Program-made: the position numbers and the translations under genes
The notes under the pieces: model-generated
What the model was told of the DNA's origin: nothing
What the model saw: the letters and a program-made list of their open reading frames with translations, nothing else
The model's database searches: none
Part shown: positions 19,289-29,409 of the stretch, piece after piece
Position numbering within the stretch: position 1 is the stretch's first letter
Layout: each line of letters starts with the position of its first letter
NCBI GenBank assembly: GCA_963920595.1
Contig: OY986948.1
Location: 1,674,001-1,738,000, forward strand
Length of the DNA: 64,000 nucleotides
Reading direction: 5' to 3'
DNA from: Eimeria praecox
Taxonomy: Eukaryota

Positions 19289-19536
19289 TGTGATATTAAG
19301 AGGTCTAAAGTATATCAGGTTGTATTCAGAATATTATTTGTACTACATACTTTATTGCCTCTTCTAGATCTTGTGCTAAATAAATAATATTGCTTCACCT
19401 TCACATAATTACAATCCTGTACAGGGTGAGCCCCTGGTTGTTTAAGGCCTCGACCTTACCTAAGGACCGCCGCAGCTTGTAAGAGAGTCAAACCACTTCA
19501 ACAAAAGAATCCCTACAAGGCCATCAGATAATCACA
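19289..19536 (-). repeat. Candidate 3' LTR (248 bp) of the chromovirus relic
   Basis: Terminal inverted TGTGAT (19289-19294) / ATCACA (19531-19536). Minus-strand polypurine tract GGGAGGCTGGAGGGGGGG lies 1 nt before it (~19538-19555). Minus-strand AATAAA at 19351-19356. Confidence 0.6.
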
Positions 19537-22500
19537 ACCCCCCCTCCAGCCTCCCTGTGCCCTGGGAAAATCAGCCAAAGGGCCTGGGGGGCTGGTCGAG
19601 GGGGGCACGGGCCGGCTAGTCGTGGGCTCCCATGCACCTTGCTGCAACTAGTGCCACAAGACAGCCCCATGAGGATGCTCAGTCCGTCTCTCCCGTTTTC
19701 TACATGATCCAATTTCGTAGATTGTAGTGTAGGCAGCTTTTAAGTGTTTAGTACTTGGCGGTCCACAGCCAAACTGCCAGCAGGTTGATAAGGGTACACT
19801 TTTTGGCCTGACTGAATTATGCAGCAAGGCCTAAGTGGTCAAGGCCACATAATTTAATCAGGCCAAAGCGTATTGACAGCCCTCCACCTTAGCCAAGGGA
19901 CGTTGTGAGCTGCACCAGAGTCACAATATAAGATATGCCCCTCCAACCAGCAGGAGCTCCCGTCCAGTCTCCATCCGCCGTTGTAACGAGAGACTCAGAT
20001 ATTAGTGAAGGACCTTCACGAACTGCAATAGGGTCAAAGACTAGGAGAAAGGGCTCCCCCAGAACAGCTGCCCTCCCTTCTAGCCTCCAAGCCTCCTGGG
20101 CAAAGCTGCCGAAGGACGTGGGCTGGCAGTAACTCGGGCAGGGCTGCCACTGACTGCATCGAACCTTGTCACAGCTAGTGCTACCATGCAGCACCGCATG
20201 CACCCACAAGCATAGCCCCCTTTTTGCATGTGCGAGCATTGCCGACTGTGGTGTAGACTGCCTTTAAACACTTTCTTGATTCTAGGGTGTGAAATTGTAC
20301 TGCGGAGGCCCGCAACCCCACCTAACCACTCTCTCATTGCCGGAATGTTGAAAACCTGTCGTCATGTGCTTGAAGAATCGATTGTTGGTTTGAACGGTGA
20401 AGTGGTTGCCATATAAGCTATGTAAAACTGTTTGCTCCCCACAAGAGGCTGAAGCTCCTTGTCACCTACCGGATCCTTTGGGCCCCTCTCCGTGAGATGG
20501 TGTGAGCTTCCGGCGTTTATTTAGTGCCTTTTCCGAGTCAGGCGACAGCTGAAAAAGCACCAACTGCTGCGTCACTGGCAGGGGCCATCAGTAAGAAATG
20601 CTTGGCTAAATCATGGCGTACGCGCAGTGGAAATGATGCCAGGCGGCTGATGAGTCTCCTGGCTTCTTCGCCTTGCCTATCCGTCAAACTAAGTTATTTG
20701 TACTTAATTAGAACTGTTGGGAGGATGGCAACCCAAGCGAACGTAGGAATGAACTTGTGGTACTACGATGCGGGGCCAAGAAACCTTTGCTCATCCGTGC
20801 AAGTGTTAGTCAGCGTTCGACCTGGGTCAGCTCTTGCTGCAGAGACATAAAACCCTAGGAAGCTGCTATTTTGCATTAAAGACGAACATTTAGCTGCTTC
20901 TATGAACCGCTGCTTCCGGCGCAGGAGTTGCAGGGCGCGCTGCAGGTGCTTCAAGTGCTCTTGCACATTCCGGCTGAATACCAGCATATCATTCATGTAT
21001 ATTACCACCCGTTTCTCGTTGGCTGGCTTTATGAAGTCGCGTTCCGCCTTTTCCTGCAGTTTGGTAGGTGCACCCACCAGCCGAAGGGGCACACAGGTGT
21101 ACTCTATTTTCCCCATCCGCCGGTGAAACGCAGTTTTGCGCCTGTAATCAAAATGCACTGGAACCTGCAAAAACGCGTAAGTGAAGTGAAATGATGAACA
21201 GACTGCTGAAGCCCGCAACTTACCAGGCAGTCCGTTGTTCTGGGGCATCGGAAGCTTCTGTTTCACCCTGATTTTGTTGGGGGCCTTGAAATCAAGCCCA
21301 TATGCCCCATCTTCCGTCCTTTTTGTTCGCCAATACCGGGTTGTGTGCAAAGGCATTAGTTGACCGTCGCATCTTGACACATTTACCAGTTCATTCACTT
21401 GCCATTCGATTTCCACTTCGAAATGCCGGTCTCGTCGGCAACTTCGGAAAGTGCGGGGCTGCTCTGGGAATAAGTTCGAAGCGGTGCATTGAGAGGCCAC
21501 CTCGCGGCTGCTCTGCTGGGAGCTTCCTTTTCCTAAGAACACCTCAGAAGTCTCCTTGCCACTTTGCCGAATTTTGCTGTCCCTCCGCTGTTAATTGGAT
21601 CGAATTCCCCGAAACTGCTGTCCCCCCAGGCCCATTTCGACGGGCTGTATGCCTTTCTCCATTGCTTCTTACAGAGCCTCTGCGCTGTGCAGAAGATTCC
21701 TCGCCCCTTTCGCTTTGGGAGACTGATTCCATTTCTCCTACTGTAGTGCTGAAAGGTGCACTGTCGCATGGATTTCCGGCATATATACCTTACTAGTTCC
21801 GTCTGGAGGCCGAGCTGTGCAGGGCATCTCGAGTTTTTTTGTCCGGCTAAACTGGTCCAATATGGAAACCCCATCTCGTATGGCCCGCTTCTGAATAGAC
21901 CTCACATCTCGCTCTTCTCGTTTCGCCGAATCTAGCTTCCCGTCTGCCATCTGGAAAGCCTACTCGCAGGGACGCCGCCAATGAATGAGCTGGTGGGGCT
22001 GGTAGTTTGCATCTCCTTGCCTTCGCTTCAAAATCCGCTATCCAGTCCGCATCTTGTTTCGAACTGGTGCGGCTATCATCTCTTTCGGCCCTATTCCTGC
22101 TTCGCACATTGCGTGGGAACTCCTGCGTTTCCCGGATCATTTTTTATCGGTTCCCCCGGCAGCCCTGTTAGTCTTGCTCCTCCATCTCTTAGAGCTTTTT
22201 TCCATGCGTCGGCAGTCTCGGATTGTGCGGCCTTGTTTATGGAAAATGAAGAGCACGCATTGTTTGATATGCCTTCACGGGTTTCTGGATGCCGAAATAA
22301 CTGGCTGCTTTTCTGCTACCGCTTCTAGTCCCGTTCTGCTTCGACCTGGCTTTCACAGACCCAATATCCCCAGGCTATAAGTCTGAGTCGTCGCCAACTA
22401 TACTTTTTTCCATATCATCTAGGGCTGCGGGAATGTTCCTTTATGGGAAGGCACTCTATCACCTGGGCAAGCTCAACTGTTTCACCCCTTAGCTCCCTAT

Positions 22501-23200
22501 CCGCAGCCCAGCTAGTTACCATTTTTCTGCCTCCGAGGAGCATCCCTGCTCTGAGCCATCCATATAAGAGCTCGAGATCTGCCATTGCATTTCTGCTTAT
22601 CGTTGGCCCATGCTTCTCGCTGTGGAGCTCGATTGGCAGCTTCCCCTTCCTAAATTTTCTCATTTTTGCCATAGCGTGTTCCGTTGCAGACCTAAGAGAA
22701 TGCCTGCATCACAGAGCACCTCGGAAGGCTGGCACTGTCCTGATGCGCCCCGGGGAAGTGGGGCCTGTGCTTACCTGTAGGTATCGCTGCCATGCGTCAC
22801 CTTCTAATACAGATGCCAATGCGAATTCTGCCCGTGCGTTTTGTAGAAGAAGGCATAGGTACAGGAAACAAGAGAAAATCTCCACTACAACAGGATCGCG
22901 GCGCCCGCCATATTTGGACAGTCAATAGAGGAGGAAGCATTCTTCGTGAATTGCTCTTCGTGGAAGTGCAGTTCCCACCGGATGGAATGAAGAAGTCGAG
23001 CTCGTTTTGCTTGGCGAAGCTATGGCGCGCAGGTTGCCTCCCGAGGAAAAAACGATCATGATCAACTTTCGTTACGAACGAGGAAAGGCAATCCTGCGTT
23101 GGCTTCACTTTCCGGAGGGAGTGGCTTCCTTCCAGCTCTGCTGCATTTAAATATATATGGGGGAATGCTTTCCCAGTCGCCGCAAACATACACCAGGTCC
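19289..23200 (-). mobile_element. Decayed Ty3/gypsy chromovirus-like LTR retrotransposon (gag - protease? - RT - RNase H - GPY/F and chromodomain remnants - PPT - 3' LTR)
   Basis: RT in ORF 20763-21542: DFKAPNKIRVKQKLPMP, RRKTAFHRRMGKIEYTCVPLRLVGAP, VVIYMNDMLVFS, SFLGFYVSA. RNase H fragments ~20250-20650: HFLLMAPASDAAVGA, DKEL, LYGNHFTVQTN. Gag-like MRKFRKGKLPIELHSEK..ELLYGWLRAG at 22415-22672. Chromodomain-like YEI..RKRERRTEH..W..GAWEP at 19624-19719. Many stops and frameshifts. The 5' boundary is approximate and no 5' LTR was recognised. Confidence 0.85.
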
Positions 23201-23786
23201 CACTTTTTAGTGGGTAGCCCCTAGCCCATAAGGCTCAAATCCATATGCCGCGCCTCTTCTGCTTCTTCACCTTGTTCGATGTGCAAAACGGCGTCCGCTT
23301 CGACGCGAAGAGGCCCCCGAGATCCCTCAAGACGGCGCATGTAGCGGTGTACTGCGCTTCCAGGTTCCCTATGCGGGCCCTCGCTCCGTTAGAGCCAGCT
23401 GGTGCTGGTGCTTCCCCAGGGCCTAGGGTTCGAGGGGCCCGTGGGGTCCCTGAACCGCTGTCTGGTATGCTGTTTGGAGTGTTTCGTCACGAGTTCTGCT
23501 TGAAGGATATATCGGGTTTCCTTGCTCCACTACTACCGTAGTTGGGCGCCCTCCAGCTCTTGGGAATTTCCTTTTAACTACGCCCCTCTCGTGTCGGGTT
23601 TAGGGGCCATTATGCTTGCAAGGAGGCGGATAGACCGGGCGGTTGTCTATGTTGTCTTTGCTGGTGCTGGAAGTTTTAGCTGCAGCAGCAGCAGCGAACG
23701 CAAACGCAGCTGCCGTAGCTTTGCTTGTTATGCGTTCAATGCCTCCTTGAATGATGGTAACGTGCTCGATTAAAAGCGCTAGGTTC

Positions 23787-23870
23787 TGCACGAAGTGGGA
23801 TTTGAACCCACGCGGACGTCAGTCCACCAGAACTTGAGTCTGGCGCCTTAGACCACTCGGCCATCCGTGC
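23787..23870 (-). tRNA. tRNA-Leu(CAA): tRNA-Leu, anticodon CAA, intronless type II, 84 nt
   Basis: GCACGGATGGCCGAGTGGTCTAAGGCGCCAGACTCAAGTTCTGGTGGACTGACGTCCGCGTGGGTTCAAATCCCACTTCGTGCA. Acceptor stem, A box TGGCCGAGTGG, anticodon arm CCAGA-CTCAAGT-TCTGG, long variable arm and T arm are all present. TTTT lies 11 nt downstream. Confidence 0.97.
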
Positions 23871-24879
23871 GAGTGCACACTTCCTGCAACCGGGTGTATA
23901 GAAGATTATGCCTAAGCCCCTAACAAAATTCCCCTTGTTACCTTTGCAGGGAGCTCTATAGCAGAAGGTGTCTAGGTGCTTGGTAAAAGTCATCTGCAGG
24001 TAAAGAGGCGACGGCCATCATCCGCCTTTTCAGGAGGCCAATGGCTTTCTTCTGTATAATCACTGCGTACAAATGCATCCCCAGGCTTATCTCCGCTGAG
24101 GGACTGCACCTTGCATGCAAGAAGGCCTTGATTTCCTCCCGCGGAGAAAGTTCTCGTGGATCTGTTGGCCCCTCTGGCTGGAAGGGGCCCCCAATTGTGG
24201 GTCGTCTCTGGTGTCATGGCGTCTTTGGCAGCACTATCCAGTCGTTGACGGTTTAGAAGAAGAATGAAGGTACTAGGCAGCCACTCAGGAAGCTGCGCTG
24301 CTCCTTCGTCCGCTGAGTTGCGCTCTAGATCCCTTCCTAAGACCCGTTTTCGTTCAAGCAAATTTGGCAGAAAGCGTGCCTGAGTTTCCGCCCGGTTGCT
24401 GACATAGGCATGGACTATCACCGATAGCATGTGAACCGGGGACAAAAGGGGACATAGACAAGTGTTTCTTGTGCAGTGTATCGATATCGATATGGGGATG
24501 TAGGCGAGACATGTTGTTTAACTATCATCTAGACACCGGAAGTCTTTCGTCCTTCACCCACATGAACGGCTTTAAGGCACCGTTGCAGGCCTGAGCTCTT
24601 CAGGCTGAGGGAAGGAGATCACGGCCTTCCTGCATGCAGCATGCAGTCTCTCAGCTGAGATAAACCTGTGGACACATTCCTATGCAGTGAATATATACAC
24701 GAAGGCCACAGATCGCCTAAAACTGCGGCAAAAGGCCGAATACTCTTTGCCTGCAGTTGAGGGTTTTTAGATGCCTAGGCGCCAAATCCTATACTGATCC
24801 CTGTAGGGGTTACAAGAAGAGTTTTGTTAGGAGCTTAGTCACCAACTTCTATACACCCGGTTGCAGGAGGTGTAGACTC

Positions 24880-24963
24880 GCACGGATGGCCGAGTGGTCT
24901 AAGGCGCCAGACTCAAGTTCTGGTGGACTGACGTCCGCGTGGGTTCAAATCCCACTTCGTGCA
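24880..24963 (+). tRNA. tRNA-Leu(CAA): tRNA-Leu, anticodon CAA, identical second copy
   Basis: Same 84-nt sequence as 23787-23870, in the opposite orientation. Confidence 0.97.
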
Positions 24964-26909
24964 GGAAATGCCGTCTCTAAAAAGGGCTTAAATACTCTTT
25001 AAAGGGAAATTAGGCATGCACCAGCAATTGCTTCACTCGCTGCTGTAGCAGCAGCAGCTGCTGCAGTATTGTATACGTGCTTTTCTCTTTATTCGCCTCC
25101 TGCACTGCGGGGCCGAAACAGCTGCTTCTGCTGGCCCAGACACCTGCTGCTGTTGCTGGTGCAGCACAAGCACGAGCTCCTGATAATAAAAAAGGGGCCG
25201 CCTTTCCGCTTAACGCTCTAGCATGCAGCACCAGCCACCAACAACAAATCGATTGCGGTCCCCTGCAACTGACCGGCTGCATCGATGAAAAGAAATGTAG
25301 ACAACACAGCATAGCTCCTTTTGTTGCTGCAGCTGTTGCTGTTGCTTTTGCTGCTGCTGTTATTGGAGTTGTTGTTGCTGATGCTGTTGGTGCTTTTGTT
25401 GCCGTTGCTGTTGCTGGGGCTGTCGCTGCACTAGCCTTTGCACGGGTCACACGGCGGCTCTGTCCTCCCTCCTTCGTAGCAGGCAACTCTGCTGTTGCAG
25501 ATATAGCTGCCTCCACTGCGACTGCTGCTTCTGCTTCTCCTGCCGGTTCTACTTCTGCTGGAGTTCCGCACGGGGACTCAGGGAGTGATATATTCTTTAG
25601 CCTGACTCGCTTTTATGGTGTTTCCTCCAAGGTACACTGTTCCCCATGTTGTTGCTGCGCTGCTGTTGCTGCTGTTGCTGCTCCTGCAGCTGCTCCTACT
25701 CCAGTAACTCTTCAGTCATCTCCACCACCCTCACAACCACCGGTAGCTCGGGAGGGAGGGAAGATTCGGAACGTTCCCAGGGCTCTATAAAAGGCAGCAT
25801 AGCATCTAGCACCATGATAATATCGCTGCTGCTGCTGCTGTCGTAGATGCAGCAGAGCTTTTCAGGTAATGCGAGAGGGTGCTGTCCACCACCACACCAC
25901 CACACCGCAGCGTTGTGGTTTTTCTTTCTTGTTCCCTTGGAACGAGGAGACAGAAGAGACGGCAAACGCTTCGTATTTGGCACAGAGCCCCGCTGATGAT
26001 CCTCTCCTGTGCCTCTCCTCATGCTGGGGTGCGTCTACGCCACAACACATCGCTGCTGCAGCTGCTTGAAAGCTGACGCCTCCCTCTATCGGAATAGACA
26101 GTGGTAGCTGTTGAGGACGCTCCTGCAAACCCTAAACCCTAAACTCTATACTGTAAAAGATAATTCTCGAGTTTTGTTTGTTAACATCGTAAAACAGCCA
26201 GGGAGCCTGCATTAAACAAAGGCAAATTCCCTCGTATTCTCTCAGTGTTTCGCTTAACCCTCCGGAGCTGTCAGTACACCACAAATATCACAGAAACCGA
26301 TCTCTTATGGTGGAAGAAAACAGCAACATGAAAAGAAATTGAATATTCCAGAAAATAAGTAGGCAAGCAGGAGAGTTAAAAAAATAAATGAAGAAGAGAA
26401 AACAAACTCAATAAGTTCAAATCTGAACAAAAAGAAGCAAAAACAGAAAACAAGTTGAATTTCTTAACCACAAAAAGCAGTTATCTCGATTAGTACTCTT
26501 ACGAAAAGATTGAAAGAGGGAAAGGCTAAGATAAAATGTAGAAGTAGATGCTTTACGTTGAGGCTGTAATACTGAGAAACTACTGGGGCTCACAAATAGT
26601 ATTAAACTATACAGATTTGTCGTTTTTTTGTTTTGCATAAACCCTAGGCTCTAAACCCTAAACCCTAAACCCTAAACAAAACCCAAACAACTCGCTCAAG
26701 ATATAAACAGCTTCACACAAACCAATAGCATCAGAAGTTTTGTATAATTATTCATATACATACACATATGCACGTACAGAAGTGCACGTATGCATCTGTA
26801 TACAGATATACACATAGAGATTGGCTGATTGCTACAGGGAGAGAAACAGAGACGGGGAGTGTGCGAGAGAGTGAGAGAGAGCGAGAGAGAGCGAGAGAGA
26901 GCGAGAGAG

Positions 26910-26974
<65 letters not shown>

Positions 26975-28379
26975 TGCAGAAAGGACGAATTGCACAGGGA
27001 GGCAATACGAAGACAGTTACGCCCCTCGGTCTTCTTCGCCTTCCTGCTTTTTGTTTTCTGTGTTTATTTATCTTCCTTTCTTTTTCTCTTTCTCTTCTTC
27101 TTTCTCTTTTTTCTTACAACTTTAATTTAGTAGCTCGTGTCAGCGGTCAAGATAAGAGCTGCAGTTTCGTAAAGCCCTTATCTACCCTAAACCCTAAACC
27201 CTAGGGCATAAGCCGTCAAAGTAGCAAACCCTAAACCCTTAGCCCTAAAGCATAGCCTCTAACCCCTAAACGCTAATATATAAACTCTGCGTAAACAAAA
27301 CCACAAATCATAAACCCTAGCTCCTAAACCCTAGCCCCTAAACCCTAAACCCTAGGGTTTCCCAGTATGAAGCCTATTTCGTTGCATGCTTGCCCTCGGG
27401 TTTTAGCAGCACAAGACAAACCCTAAATTAGGGTTTGTGTTGTATGAGGGGTTAGGTTGAGGTGTAACGGAGTACCTCCCTTACGGGGTTGCTGCTGTTG
27501 CTGCCTTACAGCAGTCGCTGCAGCACGAAGAAGATATGCTGCAGCTTCAAGGAGAAAGAGAATCGATATTTGCTGCCTATCCTCATCCACATCTTTAGGT
27601 TTATTATTGTCCCCATTCATATTATTTGCTTTGCTGTTGTAGTTTGCTAATGTTGCTCTTTAATGTTTATATTATCTTAACAATCGAGTGGAGTTGTGAG
27701 CGCAGGTAATAAAGTCAAAAGAGTAAGAGAGATAAATATATTAGAAAGGACTGCATGCAGAACTTGTTTGTAGGAAAGCAAAAACACAAAGAAAGCGAGG
27801 AGGTGCTTAATCTCATTTCTTCTCTCCTTTGAATGCAGCAAACAGCACATAAAGTAATAATTAAATCCAAAACGATCTAATTATAAGCCCCAGCTCATCG
27901 AAGCTGTACTAAGAAAACTCTGCAGCGCATACATATCCTGCACTCTATCGCTTGCATGCAAAATACTTTCTTAAGGTTTTAAAGTAATTAAAACCCTAAG
28001 TAGCTGCAGGTAACTATAAAGAAGTAATAATAAGCTTGTGAAGGCTTTCTAAACGTATTTATCTGTTGATTTGCTTCAGGGATTCAGAGGGAGGTGTAAC
28101 AGTCAACGTCACCAGCCACAGATCCACTGAAAATGAAAAAAAGAAAGACTAGAAAGAGTAAAATGCAATTCAACAAACATGCAATGAAAAATTCAAAGAA
28201 AGTCGTTGCACACTTTTCCTAATAATCCTTCATTGTTTCTTCCCCACTCGATATAGTTTCATCCCCGAAAATGTTTTTCAAAAATAAAGAAAAACTAGAA
28301 TAAATAAAATATATACAAATTCAAAGAATTTGTAAATATATATATATATGTATAAGAGTTTACGGTTCAGTGTGAATAT

Positions 28380-28384
28380 AAAAA
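28380..28384 (-). terminator. Pol III oligo-T terminator of the SRP RNA gene
   Basis: T5 run directly after the 3' strand of helix 5. Confidence 0.8.
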
Positions 28385-28675
28385 GTTGGGGGTGGTGAGA
28401 GAGGCTGCATGTCGCCCTGCGAGACCGATGGTTCCGTAATCCCAGCACCGCTCCACAGCGGGTACTTTTCCCTGCTCTGTTTCCAGCCTTAGGCGTTCCG
28501 CACCTCATCATCCCATGGGACATCTCCCCTCCAGGAGACACCCCGCGGGGCTGCCGAGCTGCTGGGGCGGATCGACACCGTTGGTGTCTCGCCGGCACCA
28601 TGCAGTACTCTTCTCACTCCCCCCAACCGACCTCTGAGAAGCTCAGATCACAGCGGGGCGCCACACCCGCCGGTC
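28380..28675 (-). ncRNA. 7SL: Signal recognition particle RNA (7SL), ~295 nt
   Basis: Minus strand: Alu domain GACCGGCGGGTGTGGCGCCCCGCTGTGATCTGAGCTTCTCAGAGGTCGG; long helix 5 (GTTGGGGG..GAGAC pairing with GTCTC..CCCCCAAC); helix 6 GTGTCTCCTGGAGGGGAGATGT; helix 8 signature CCTAAGGCTGGAAACAGAGCAGG; ends in TTTTT. The 5' end is estimated. Confidence 0.93.
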
Positions 28676-28785
28676 GAACTCAGTCTATCAGGCGCAACTC
28701 AGATTAGGCAAACACCCATTACTGACGTGCAGGTGACCCTGGACACCCTAGAATCGCACTTTCACAGCCAAGCACACGGGGTCAC

Positions 28786-28802
28786 GAGGGTTCGAATCCC
28801 AC
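28786..28802 (+). promoter_or_regulatory. Isolated Pol III B box in a T-arm-like hairpin, divergent from the SRP gene
   Basis: GAGGG-TTCGAAT-CCCAC; GGTTCGAATCC (28789-28799) matches the B-box consensus exactly. The surrounding sequence does not fold into a full cloverleaf by eye. Confidence 0.6.
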
Positions 28803-29409
28803 ACCCTAATAATTCTAAAATGAAGGAAATGAAGAAAATTTAACAGTTTCATGGAATTACCTGCATAGTCAACATTAAATATATATCTACAGAAGGCGTA
28901 TGAACGAAATATGGCACGCTAGCACTCCGCTGGTGTCGAGCCACCGCCCTCGGCTTGTGCTGTTTGTTCTCTGCCTGATTTGAGGCTGGCTGGACCATAC
29001 AAGGCAGCTCGGGGAAGGATTCTCGATCTTTGTGATGGAATATCCTTCTAATTAAGAACTCCAACCGTACATAATACGTTGCAGAATTCCCCTTTCTTGT
29101 GCTCCCTACACTGCTAACTGAATTTCCACCCATGCAATGTGTACTCTTTTCGTTGACCTCATCGAACGAACTAGTAACAAAAGAAAGCCAGCCCGCAGCA
29201 AACGCCAGAGTCTTACAAAGAAAGAAGGGGAATGCGAAAAATAAGCATCCCCCTCCAAATTTCCTCCATTCCGTCAGGGTGTTTCTGCATCGTGGTTTCT
29301 ATGGTTTATATATATATCTGCTCCTCGAAGTGAGGAAGACAGAAAGCTTCATATTCTTTACAATGAAAGCAGAGGCACCCTCCTACTGCACCTGCAGCAG
29401 CAGCAGCTG

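Noticed and set aside
20763..21542. Active reverse transcriptase, or telomerase/LINE RT
   Set aside because: Motifs are Ty3/gypsy-type, the catalytic site is YMND, and flanking domains carry stops and frameshifts.
23450..23780. 5' LTR and primer-binding site of element 1
   Set aside because: Only short chance-level matches to 19289-19536 with inconsistent spacing; no PBS complementary to a tRNA 3' end was seen.
23990..24445. 151-aa ORF between the tRNA genes
   Set aside because: Non-ATG start, no motif, and a length attainable by chance at this GC content.
25010..27620. Minus-strand gene (possible first exon 27620-27473, CAG-rich segments at 25.0-26.1 kb)
   Set aside because: No phase-consistent, stop-free model and no domain found; it may be a decayed gene, but support is insufficient.
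28725..28810. Functional tRNA gene upstream of SRP
   Set aside because: Only the T-arm/B box is recognisable; I could not fold consistent acceptor, D or anticodon stems.
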